Source of the DNA: an uncultured virus (IMG/VR IMGVR_UViG_3300037067_003729)
Lineage: Duplodnaviria > Heunggongvirae > Uroviricota > Caudoviricetes
IMG/VR virus record: IMGVR_UViG_3300037067_003729
Length of the DNA: 20,000 bases
Strand: one strand, 5' to 3'
The position numbers and the translations under genes were made by a program. Positions 1 through 9,200 of the stretch are shown in pieces; within the stretch, counting starts at the first letter, position 1, and every line of letters starts with the position of its first letter. The notes below the pieces were generated by a model, which was given only the letters and a program-made list of their open reading frames with translations, was not told the DNA's origin and searched no databases.

Positions 1-423
1 AGCATTAAAACCACAAGCGTAAATGCTGCCAACTTGTATTTCACTATCTTAGCCGACCCAATTAATACAGTTACATTATATACCAATAATCCCGCACTAG
101 ATTATACCACCATTACCCACGAACACACTACACAATCCGGTTCAACCAATATCACTGCCACAGGTGGAAATGCAGCGGCTATGTATGTGGAAAATAATGT
201 TGTATGGCACGGTGGCAATTTGAAAAATGGTAGCACGGTAGCAAGCAACGACATGGTATTAACTCACGGTCTATCATCTGGTTTATATGGTCAAGTTTCT
301 CCGCAAACAAGCGGAATAATAGCAGGGTGCGTTGTTACACAAACAGGGATACAGTTTTCTATAACTAACATCTCAGGTGTTTCAACAAGCGCATCGGTTT
401 ATTGGACAGTATACGGAGATTAA
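1..423 (+). CDS. C-terminal part of a phage tail/tail-fibre-like structural protein (5'-truncated by the window)
   Basis: Frame is open from base 1 (SIKTTSVNAANLYF...). T/S/G/N-rich beta-type sequence with a VWHGGN motif and an SVYWTVYG end typical of fibre proteins. First gene of a tightly packed structural run. Confidence 0.55.
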   Translation, partial: SIKTTSVNAANLYFTILADPINTVTLYTNNPALDYTTITHEHTTQSGSTNITATGGNAAAMYVENNVVWHGGNLKNGSTVASNDMVLTHGLSSGLYGQVSPQTSGIIAGCVVTQTGIQFSITNISGVSTSASVYWTVYGD

Positions 424-435
424 AGGGGTGATTTT

Positions 436-951
436 ATGATTAGTGCAAGCGTAGTATCGACAATAACATTAACATATTCCGGTTCAAATCCGTGGACCGT
501 GTTTGATTCGTCAAATTTAGCAACAGGTGGTGCGTTGCAAGCGAATTGGAATGATGTTGTAAGCCAAATAGACGGGCTTTACAAGCCTTTACTGAACAGT
601 TCCGTAAATGAAATGAACTTTATCGAGGGCGCAAGCGGTGCAAGATACGTTGGCATGAGCGGAATTGATGGAATAGGCACGGGTTCAACGGTGTTTTCTG
701 CCTTGTATGCGATCAGCACAGCCGTATCGGCTATAAACATTTCGGCGGCTTACGCAGGTTCGGCGGGTACGTTAAGCGGTTACGGAAACATCATGACCAC
801 TACAGGCAGCCAGGTAATGACCAATAAACTTGCAGCACAGAATCATAGTTCGTATACGTCACCATATTTGAGAAATGCAATATATTCCACAACGGCAGCA
901 ACAGGCGGGGCATGTAATAGCGGCGACACATGGTTGATGTATACGCCATAG
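436..951 (+). CDS. Phage tail fibre/baseplate-associated structural protein
   Basis: RBS AAGGGGTGA before the ATG. S/T/G/A-rich, and ends in STTAATGGACNSGDTWL, resembling the S..P....GD.W motif of fibre proteins. Confidence 0.55.
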   Translation: MISASVVSTITLTYSGSNPWTVFDSSNLATGGALQANWNDVVSQIDGLYKPLLNSSVNEMNFIEGASGARYVGMSGIDGIGTGSTVFSALYAISTAVSAINISAAYAGSAGTLSGYGNIMTTTGSQVMTNKLAAQNHSSYTSPYLRNAIYSTTAATGGACNSGDTWLMYTP

Positions 952-960
952 GAGGGCATT

Positions 961-1914
961 ATGAGCATTCAAGTGAATATAGATGGTGCCATAAAGAATG
1001 TGGTAAATGTACAAGTGAATATAGATGGTGCTATAAAACAAGTAGCTAAAGTATTTGCCAATATAGACGGGGTTATAAAGACCGTTTGGGATTATGTCGG
1101 CGCGTGGGCAGCGGGTGGCAACCTTAACACCGCCCGCGGTGGTTTAGCTGGAGCAGGAACACAGACGGCGGGGCTAAGTTTCGGAGGTAATAGCGGTGGA
1201 CTTAGTGTTGTAACCGAGGAATACGACGGCGTTGCATGGGCGGCTGGCGGAAACCTTAATACTGCTAGAGAATATTTAGCCGGAGTTGGCACACAAACAG
1301 CAGGACTTTCGTTCGGGGGACAGACTAGTTCATATTCCAATATCACTGAAGAATATGATGGTGCTACGTGGACGGCAGGAGGAAATTTAAGTACGGCTAG
1401 ATATCAATTAGGCGGCTGTGGCGTTCAAACAGCAGGACTTTCGTTCGGGGGTATAGTAGGTGTCGCCATTTATAGTAATGTTACTGAAGAATACGACGGT
1501 TCTACATGGACAGTAGGAGGAAACCTTAATACAGCACGTGGTGGATTGGGCGGTTGCGGCACACAGACAGCAGGATTGAGTTTTGGAGGCAATGGCGGCG
1601 GGTATAGTGCTGTCACCGAGGAATATGATGGTTCTACGTGGGCGGCAGGAGGCAACCTCAATACTGCACGTAGCAGTTTAGCTGGAGCAGGTTCACAAAC
1701 AGCAGGACTTTCGTTCGGGGGCGGACTTACCAGTATTCCAATAGGGTATCATGCTGTAGGTATCACTGAGGAATACGATGGTTCTGTTTGGATAGTAGGC
1801 GGCAGTCTTAATACTGCAAGGGTTGGTTTAGCCGGTTGTGGCGTTCAAACAGCAGGGTTATCTTTCGGGGGTAGTGATCCGTCTAATGTAACTGAGGAAT
1901 ATACAAAAATTTAG
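961..1914 (+). CDS. Kelch-like six-bladed beta-propeller protein, probable receptor-binding/adhesin
   Basis: RBS AGGAGG. N-terminus has 3x (V/A)NIDG(A/V)IK, followed by six ~44-50 aa repeats W..GG.L.TAR..L.G.G.QTAGLSFGG....TEEYDG with Kelch hallmarks (GG, Y, W). Confidence 0.75.
   Translation: MSIQVNIDGAIKNVVNVQVNIDGAIKQVAKVFANIDGVIKTVWDYVGAWAAGGNLNTARGGLAGAGTQTAGLSFGGNSGGLSVVTEEYDGVAWAAGGNLNTAREYLAGVGTQTAGLSFGGQTSSYSNITEEYDGATWTAGGNLSTARYQLGGCGVQTAGLSFGGIVGVAIYSNVTEEYDGSTWTVGGNLNTARGGLGGCGTQTAGLSFGGNGGGYSAVTEEYDGSTWAAGGNLNTARSSLAGAGSQTAGLSFGGGLTSIPIGYHAVGITEEYDGSVWIVGGSLNTARVGLAGCGVQTAGLSFGGSDPSNVTEEYTKI
970..1031 (+). repeat. 20-bp exact direct repeat CAAGTGAATATAGATGGTGC (970-989, 1012-1031)
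   Basis: Read directly; 42-bp period, encodes QVNIDGA twice. Confidence 0.9.
1294..1721 (+). repeat. 26-bp exact repeat CAAACAGCAGGACTTTCGTTCGGGGG x3 (1294-1319, 1426-1451, 1696-1721)
   Basis: Read directly; encodes QTAGLSFGG in Kelch repeats 2, 3 and 5. Confidence 0.9.
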
Positions 1915-1922
1915 GAGGTCTT

Positions 1923-2606
1923 ATGAATTTCAACACGCAATCATTCTCGATCATTGAATCATCTAAGGTACTTAAATCGGATGATTTTTTTACATTGTCT
2001 GAGTTAAAATCTGAATTGCAGGACACGTTTCTTAATGTTCAAATATTCCGCACAAGAACAGAAATGGAAACAAGCGTATTAAACGACTTGAAACATCCTA
2101 CGCCTGACTCAAAGTATTGGCAGGCCATGCGCGAACAAAACGTCATGTTTCAAGAACTTGTCATGTTATCTTATGAATATAGAAAGAATCAGGTGGAAAT
2201 AAAAATCCTGGAAAGAAAACTTGCCCTTGAGAATGATGATCTGGAGAAAGAACTTTTGCAGATTGAGATTGAAAAGAAAAAATTCATCGGGACAAATCAG
2301 GAACGCACGGCGAAAGACCGTATCAGGGAACTTCGCGAATGGCATGAAATCAAGGAGTCCTTGAAACCTGATATGGAATGCGGTATAGACAATGTTGACA
2401 CTCACCAACTGGTAAGCTATACTCTGCGCTGGATAAATCAACTTTCGGGAATGAGCGAGAACGCAAGCATATCGGAAAGGAACAATCTTTTAGGCCAGTT
2501 GGACAAAGGGATTAAGCTTTGTAAACAAAAAGGATGCATGACCAAAGTCTTAAAGCAAATTTCTGACAAGGACACACTGGAAATGATTAAAAAAATAGGA
2601 AACTAA
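1923..2606 (+). CDS. Conserved alpha-helical/coiled-coil phage protein, possible fibre assembly chaperone
   Basis: RBS AGGAGG. The motif QIFRTRTEM..SVLND..HPTPDSKYWQAMREQ resembles proteins I recall lying next to such Kelch-repeat genes in uncultured phages. Central charged coiled coil. Function is inferred. Confidence 0.55.
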   Translation: MNFNTQSFSIIESSKVLKSDDFFTLSELKSELQDTFLNVQIFRTRTEMETSVLNDLKHPTPDSKYWQAMREQNVMFQELVMLSYEYRKNQVEIKILERKLALENDDLEKELLQIEIEKKKFIGTNQERTAKDRIRELREWHEIKESLKPDMECGIDNVDTHQLVSYTLRWINQLSGMSENASISERNNLLGQLDKGIKLCKQKGCMTKVLKQISDKDTLEMIKKIGN

Positions 2607-2611
2607 GACTA

Positions 2612-2640
2612 TTGTATAAAATACCAATAAATAGTATTAT
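2612..2640 (+). promoter_or_regulatory. Sigma-A-like promoter TTGTAT-17-TATTAT
   Basis: TTGTAT at 2612-2617 and TATTAT at 2635-2640, 17-bp spacer, about 22 nt before ATG 2663. Confidence 0.55.
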
Positions 2641-2662
2641 ATGTTTAGAAAGAAGAATTGTG

Positions 2663-3358
2663 ATGAAAAAATATATAATACTGTTATCTGTAATATTTTC
2701 ATGTATCTTTACTACGGTACACGCGGAAGATATTTCGCTAAACTCCTTCTTTGACGGACTTGGATTTGAGACGCAACAAACGGATGAATATTTCCTTGCC
2801 AGTTTATACACTGATACAAAATATGAATATTCCGTAAAAATCGACTTAGCCGATGGGGACTTATTTATCAACGACATCCGGCAGGAAAATACATTACCTG
2901 ATTGTGAACTGATAGACAATGAAACATATGGTTATCTTTCATACTTTCAACGACTGTTTGTTGATAATGAAGGGGATATGCTTGTAAAAGGATATTCTGA
3001 ATTTAAGACAGCTATTTGGGATGCTTTAAGTGATATGAAAGAAAACTACCCTGACGAATACGACATTGTCACTAAAAATTTGATTAGCGTTTCGCAAGGG
3101 GAAAGGAACGGGGCATATCTTGAACATGGATTTTGTACTTTAACAATAGATATGATTTCAGACCACAAATATCTTATGGCGGCACTGCTGCACGAAGCGA
3201 CACATATCAGCGACTATAAGGCTAAAACATGCGTAACGACTGAGGATTATGAGAATGGCGTATATCCTGTAACGCATAACTTTCTTGTCAAATTGGAATA
3301 TGAGAACATTCAACGGTACGATAACCAATATCAAAATAAGTATTGGGAGAATTATTGA
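2663..3358 (+). CDS. Secreted protein with HExxH zinc-metallopeptidase motif (moron-like)
   Basis: ATG 2663 preferred over TTG 2612. MKKYIILLSVIFSCIFTTVHA is a signal peptide with a VHA cleavage site. Contains LLHEATH; acidic and AT-rich. Confidence 0.65.
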   Translation: MKKYIILLSVIFSCIFTTVHAEDISLNSFFDGLGFETQQTDEYFLASLYTDTKYEYSVKIDLADGDLFINDIRQENTLPDCELIDNETYGYLSYFQRLFVDNEGDMLVKGYSEFKTAIWDALSDMKENYPDEYDIVTKNLISVSQGERNGAYLEHGFCTLTIDMISDHKYLMAALLHEATHISDYKAKTCVTTEDYENGVYPVTHNFLVKLEYENIQRYDNQYQNKYWENY

Positions 3359-3360
3359 GT

Positions 3361-3543
3361 ATGTTGGAAGCAGCAACGGCAATGGCTAAAATGACACTAA
3401 TGACTACGATTATCGGTCTACCATTAGTCATACTTGCAGTATACGTAAAAGTAAAATGCAAGGCAGATACATTTGAAAAGTTGAAGCTGTTTTACGGATT
3501 TCTCGTATTGATATTCGTTTTTTATTTATCATTTAAAAGGTGA
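3361..3543 (+). CDS. Small membrane protein with two TM segments
   Basis: Two hydrophobic stretches (IIGLPLVILAVYV; LFYGFLVLIFVFYLSF). GGAG upstream of ATG 3361; start uncertain. Confidence 0.55.
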   Translation: MLEAATAMAKMTLMTTIIGLPLVILAVYVKVKCKADTFEKLKLFYGFLVLIFVFYLSFKR

Positions 3544-3547
3544 TTAT

Positions 3548-4111
3548 ATGATTTTAATAGGTGCAGGACAAAATAGTTTAGATGTCCTTTCTTTTATACC
3601 TCACCAAGAGGTATTTTTTATTGATGATTTTAAGGTTGGGAAATTTGAAGGATATAAGATTTTAGGAACCGTTGACGATCTGTGTCAAGGGCGAATACCT
3701 ATACGATACCCTGTTTATAATGCTGTGGGAAGCGTAGGCGACAACACTACAAGAAATCGAATATATGAGAAACTGAAAAAGGCTGGCCTTCGGGTACAGC
3801 CTTTAATATTTCCATCACATATTTGCCATAACGTGCAAATCGGTGAAAACGTTGTTATCGGATTGGGTTCTCAGATACACCATGATTGCATGATAGGTGA
3901 ATCGTGCATTCTCAGTCCGAGAGTTACTTTATGCGGGGCCGTGACACTCTCTGATAACGTTTTCCTTGGAGTGGGTGCAATAATCATTCAGGGTATCACG
4001 GTGGGTAAAAATGCCATTGTAGGCGCAGGCAGTTTAGTTATAAGGGACGTTCCGGACAATGTTACCGTTGTGGGAAATCCAGCAAGGATTATTGAGAAAA
4101 CTGAGGGGTGA
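3548..4111 (+). CDS. NeuD/PglD-family sugar O/N-acetyltransferase (hexapeptide left-handed beta-helix)
   Basis: ILIGAG and FFIDD N-terminal Rossmann-like part, IHHDC catalytic-His region, hexapeptide repeats, and C-terminal GAGSLVIRDVPDNVTVVGNPAR. Confidence 0.88.
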   Translation: MILIGAGQNSLDVLSFIPHQEVFFIDDFKVGKFEGYKILGTVDDLCQGRIPIRYPVYNAVGSVGDNTTRNRIYEKLKKAGLRVQPLIFPSHICHNVQIGENVVIGLGSQIHHDCMIGESCILSPRVTLCGAVTLSDNVFLGVGAIIIQGITVGKNAIVGAGSLVIRDVPDNVTVVGNPARIIEKTEG

Positions 4112-4115
4112 TTTT

Positions 4116-6287
4116 ATGGCTACTGTTAAAATAAAAAGCGGCGATACATTAAGCGCACTTGCCAAAGCTAACAATACCACCGTTGCGGCTATAGTTGCAG
4201 CAAATCCAAGCATAAAAGATGCGAATAAGATACAGGCTGGTGCGGCGTTGACGATACCTACAAAGACTACTACGGTTACGCCAGTCAAAACACAGACAAT
4301 AACGCCAACGATCACTAAACCAACTACAGGAACGACCACACAGACAAGTACACCGGTAGTAAAACCAGCAACTACTGCAGACCCCGACAGAGAACTTGCG
4401 CGTCAGATTAGAGACAATCAAATAAGCGGTGCTGCGGCTGATACAGCGGTGAGAAATCTCGCAGCAACGTCTTCCTCGACTTCTTCGACTTCCTCGACGA
4501 GTTCTACAGCACCTACAATAGACACAACCTTACAAAACTACAAAGATCAGTATGCCGCCGCTCAAAGCACAGGTAACAAGGTTGGCATGCTTATAGCCGC
4601 CGAAGCTGCGGACAATTACAGGGTATCACAGGGGCAGGCTGCGCAAAACGCGACTCAAATCGCAAGATTGAAAAGCGAACTCTCGTCGCAGGACTATCTT
4701 GATTATTATGCCGGTTCGCTATCAGATAAAAACGCTCAACTTACTAACTTTAACCAAAATTACGTTCCTGAAACGTCTGAAGAAGATTACATGACTAAAA
4801 TTTCTGACTACGTAAATAGTATCTTGCAGGAACAGAAAAACACGGCTGAAGCTAATGCCAAAAAGGCAAGGACTGGAATTTTATCGGATGCGGACATTAC
4901 CAAGCAGGAGTTGGACGATGCATACGCTACGCAATTGGCTGAATTATCCAGCCAGGCCGATGAGATAAGAAACGCCTATTCGTCCGGGAAAAGGAACGTC
5001 GAAACGCAAAACACTGATACCATGGATAGCATAGCCGCGCAGGCCGATAAGATAATTCAGCTGTATGAACAGAGTAAAAACCAGTTAGGCGCAAACAAAC
5101 AATCTTTGTCAGACGAATTGTCGGCTAACGTAGACAAGATCAAAAATGCTTATTCGACGGCCAAGACAGGGATAGAATCCACGAAGGCCGAGACTTTGCC
5201 TACTTACGACGTAGCAATGAACCAGCAGGATATTCTCGCCCAAAGGCAGACTAAACAGCTTGAGGGTGAATTCGCACAAAGAGGATTATCTGCCGGCGGT
5301 CAAGTCACTTCCGAATTAGGTCAGGCCGGTCAGGCTAATCTAAGCGAAATCGGCAAAATTACAGGTCAAAAGCAGTCATATGAACGGGACGTGTCCAACA
5401 AGTTAACGGGACTTGAACAGGAACAGGCTACAGGACTTGCGGACGCGGAACGTAAAAAAATACAGATAGAACAGGACTACACTAATAGTATAAGTGAGAT
5501 TGAATCCAACAAGACTTTAAGCCTGGCAGATGCAGAAAGATTAAAAAGCCAAGCAACAAGAGACTACCAAAATTCCTTGGCCAATCTTGAACAAGGCCGG
5601 GTATCAGGTTTGGCAGGTATCGCCAGGGCAGAGGGGGCAGCCGCACAGACCTTATCAAGTGGGAAAATGGCGATCATTAAAAAGGTCAACGATGCCTTAA
5701 ACAACCTTACCACAGACGAACAGACCTCACTTGATAACCTTGCTGAAAAACGTTCACAGATGCTTTACGAGGCTAATCAAAAATATGGTGATTTGAGTAA
5801 AGCGGAAAAAGACACCGCCTTTAATCAATTATTGCAGGAGGCAGGTGTAGCAGCTGATTCGGTGGATACAATGAGGGCTTTGATAGATGATGTCAATAAG
5901 GCGAAAACAGCTGCATTGGAATATCAGATAAAAGAACTCGAATACGCAAATATGTCTAAATCGCAGAAACTTGAACTTGATAAGCTTAAAAATGATATCA
6001 AACTTGGCAATATATCAGCAGCACAGGCAGGAGCACAGATCAAACTCCAGCAGGACAAGTTTAAATTCGACAAGGAACAGCAACTTACAGAAACCGAAAG
6101 AACACAGTATAACAACTACATAGACATGGTAGACAGTAGTTCGTTTATTTCCAAGGACGCTGCTGGCGTGACGCAGATCAGTGATAAAACAGGGTTACGA
6201 AAATACATATTAAGTCTTACATCTGATGATAATGTAACCGTTCCGCTGCTTGCCAGATATGGGTTGCCAACAGAACCACAAAAATAA
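4116..6287 (+). CDS. LysM-domain, Thr/Ser-rich, long coiled-coil virion protein (probable internal/ejection protein)
   Basis: True start is ATG 4116 (RBS GAGGGGTGA). LysM: VKIKSGDTLSALAKANNTTVAAIVAANPSIKDANKIQAGAALTIP. Then a T/P/S-rich linker and an A/Q/E/K helical region with 29-aa periodicity. Confidence 0.75.
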   Translation: MATVKIKSGDTLSALAKANNTTVAAIVAANPSIKDANKIQAGAALTIPTKTTTVTPVKTQTITPTITKPTTGTTTQTSTPVVKPATTADPDRELARQIRDNQISGAAADTAVRNLAATSSSTSSTSSTSSTAPTIDTTLQNYKDQYAAAQSTGNKVGMLIAAEAADNYRVSQGQAAQNATQIARLKSELSSQDYLDYYAGSLSDKNAQLTNFNQNYVPETSEEDYMTKISDYVNSILQEQKNTAEANAKKARTGILSDADITKQELDDAYATQLAELSSQADEIRNAYSSGKRNVETQNTDTMDSIAAQADKIIQLYEQSKNQLGANKQSLSDELSANVDKIKNAYSTAKTGIESTKAETLPTYDVAMNQQDILAQRQTKQLEGEFAQRGLSAGGQVTSELGQAGQANLSEIGKITGQKQSYERDVSNKLTGLEQEQATGLADAERKKIQIEQDYTNSISEIESNKTLSLADAERLKSQATRDYQNSLANLEQGRVSGLAGIARAEGAAAQTLSSGKMAIIKKVNDALNNLTTDEQTSLDNLAEKRSQMLYEANQKYGDLSKAEKDTAFNQLLQEAGVAADSVDTMRALIDDVNKAKTAALEYQIKELEYANMSKSQKLELDKLKNDIKLGNISAAQAGAQIKLQQDKFKFDKEQQLTETERTQYNNYIDMVDSSSFISKDAAGVTQISDKTGLRKYILSLTSDDNVTVPLLARYGLPTEPQK
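4472..4498 (+). repeat. 9-bp tandem repeat TTC(C/T)TCGAC x3 encoding (SST)n
   Basis: ttcctcgac ttcttcgac ttcctcgac, read directly. Confidence 0.8.
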
Positions 6288-6299
6288 GAAGGTGATAGC

Positions 6300-9200
6300 A
6301 TGGGTAGTAAGTACGATAAGGAACGCGAAGCGCTTGGAATAAACGTTACGGCGAAAACGCAAGGCACTGCACAAAAAACTAAAAAGGCAAGCGTATATGA
6401 TAAAGAAAGGCAAGCACTGTTTGAAACCGTTACCCCCGTACAAAGTATTCCTGCTTATCAGAGCATTACAAAGCAACATACCCTTGAATCTCCTACACTC
6501 AACTTACCGACGCTAACCAAAAATACACAGCCGAAACGTATTTCCGACGCTATATTCAATACACCCTTTAAGTTGTCAACAAACTTCATGGATATAAAAA
6601 ACAGAATCGATCAGGAAAAGGCAAAGTCGGAAGCCGCCGCAAAAATACCCAATTACAATAGCAAGTCATCTTTTTATAACACGCCTGTAATCGGTAATAT
6701 GTTGAAAAAAGACGAGGAAAAAACAAGGCAAAAGGCCAAAGAGGTGTTGACCGCTGATGAAATAGATATCTTGAGTAAAGGACTATCCTTGAGTCCGAAA
6801 TCTCACAACATGGGTGGTGAAATTACCGCATACTATTTCGATAAGAAGGTGCCGGATGGGTTTACTCAGCAATTTCAGAAAGTAATGGAAAAGGTTGAAT
6901 ATGCTAAAAAAGGCACTCTCGGGAAAGTTTTTGACAGAACAGGAAGGCAAGCCGTATCGGTAGGGTTCGGCGACAGCAGTGCGAAGGATTATGCTGAATC
7001 TGCCGGAATTGGCGGTGCCGGTAAAGTTGGAAACGTTATTTCAGATGTAGGTGGGACAATAGCAGGGTTTATGGTTCCTACAGGTAGTCCCGGTGTCACA
7101 TTGCCAACGGCGGCTAATACTATGGCAAAAAAAGCGGTGAATAAATTATTTCCTGTTGCTGAAAGACTAGCGAATAAGGCCGGTAAAAGAGTGGTTCAGG
7201 CTACGGTAGAATCATTGCCATATTCAGCACAGCAGATTGCCACGCAGAGGGAAATTGATACGCCTAAAAAGGCTCTAAAAACAGCGGTTGACAATGCTCT
7301 GTTTGCTATGGGCGCGGAACTTGGAATAATGGGCTTAAGTGGGATTGCAAAAACGGTTTTCAAAAAACTAAAAGGCGGTCAAAAGCTAACAGTAGCAGAA
7401 AAGGAAATAGTCAACAATACTCCTGAACTCCGCGCACTGCCGGAAGCAAAACAGTACCTTATGCTTGAAGCGCCAAAACTGCGTACGCCTGATGTAATTG
7501 AATCCTTACCTCCAAAGCCGACAACGGCAGAGATAAAAAAGCTGAATACCCCGGTAAAAACCTTGCCAAAAGAAAAGGCAATTGCAGAAAAAAAGGCTGA
7601 TTTTACCGTTGACCAATATGGCAACACATTAAAAAGCGGTCAAAAAGCGCCTTTGTTGTTAAGTGAATCTAGCGCAAAAGCTAAAGCGGTTGAGCCTACA
7701 ATGACAAGAGAAGAGTATTTCGGCAAGGAAGGTGATCTGCTGACTCCGGCTGAAGTAGACGAACTTTTGGGCAATGAACCCATGTATAGTAAAACCAAAG
7801 ATAGCATACCATCAGAAATAGGTAGTATATCAAAAATAAACGATGGCATTGTAAAAAAAGCAAAGTCGGAATTCGGTATAACAACAAATCCGCGCGAAGC
7901 CGGTTACATACTTGACGATGGTACAGTGCTGGATTTTAGCGGGAAACGCGAAGGTGGACCCGCAAACGAACGGTATATGGATCACAGAGAAGTACAATCT
8001 TTGTATGACGATTTGCAGCAAACGGCAGCCATGACAAAATTTATGGATGACACAAACGCCGTAAGGATAAGCGTAGGCAAAGATGGACTTGTGCTTATTG
8101 ATATTACAGGGATTAAACCGTTAAGTGAAAAGCAAGTAACAAAAATAAAACAAATATCAGCGAGAAAAGAAAGCGTTGTTATCGACTATTACGACAACAT
8201 AAATTCAAGTAAAGCGGCGGCACATAAAGAATTTGATTTTCCCAAAGTAAAAGATATTGAAGATGCACTGGATGAAATACAAAAAGGCAAGGAAATAAAA
8301 ACGCCATTACAAAATGATGTAGGAAAAAAGATAACGACAAATGAAACGCCGGAAGGCGTTTTTTCTTTACCTGAAAGGCAGATAGAACGCCCATTTGCTG
8401 TGACAAAAGGCGAAATTAAAAAGTTCCGGTTACCTCAAGACATAACAAAACAATCTGATTTAATACCTAAAGAACCTGTTACAAAATCTCAGTCAGATTG
8501 GGTGAAATCATTACCTAAAATTGATACTGCTGATTTGAGGGCAAAACAATCTATAAAAGAAAAACTCAGGATATATGGCGAAGCCGCAAACAACGTTAAA
8601 TTCAATGTCCCTGAACAGTACCGCAAAGAAACGCCGTTTACCGTGGCAAAGTCAACTGTACCGCCGAAGGTTGAAAGCAAATATGCAACAGAATCAGTAA
8701 CTGGAAACACTGCACAAGGCACACGGACTTTAAAGGCAGCTGAACAAGTACCTTTGATAGAATCAACTACTAAAAACGGTGTACAAAAGCTTAAAACACC
8801 AGAAGAAGCGGTAAGCAAAGTATATTCCAACACGCTTAAAAAAACGCCGATGCTGACTGACGTTGAAAAGAAAATGCTCGATTCTAAAGATTATAAATAT
8901 GATGTCAAGAGCGAAAAAGAAAGCATAGCAGAGGCGCAACAAAGGCTTGCTAAGGATTTCGAGGGTGAAGTTAACAAACTGTCTGAAAAAGAATCGTTTA
9001 CTGGTTCGGATATTGATACTATGTTTGGAATTGTAGAAAAGAATCTCGATGAAGCCAGAAAAACAGGTGACTATTCAGATGTTCATTCTATGTTAAAAAA
9101 TGTTCGCAAGGGCGGAACCGAAAGCGGTAGAGGCGTACAGGCATTTGCAAAATATTCCAGAACTACAGAGGGAAAACTTGCAACAGCACAGGGCGCAATT

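Noticed and set aside
961..1914. Diversity-generating retroelement target or CRISPR-like array in the Kelch repeats
   Set aside because: The repeats are in-frame coding blades. No reverse transcriptase, template repeat with adenine-specific differences, or cas gene is present in the window.
4059..4115. Upstream extensions given by the ORF track (also 2612, 12439, 14154, 15096, 19212)
   Set aside because: Downstream ATGs have better SD sequences and domain boundaries; the extensions overlap upstream genes, promoters or hairpins.
424..4118. Repeat AGGGGTGATTTTATG at 424-438 and 4104-4118 as a recombination site
   Set aside because: Adequately explained as an extended anti-SD match plus start codon. 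A cassette-boundary role cannot be excluded but is unsupported here.
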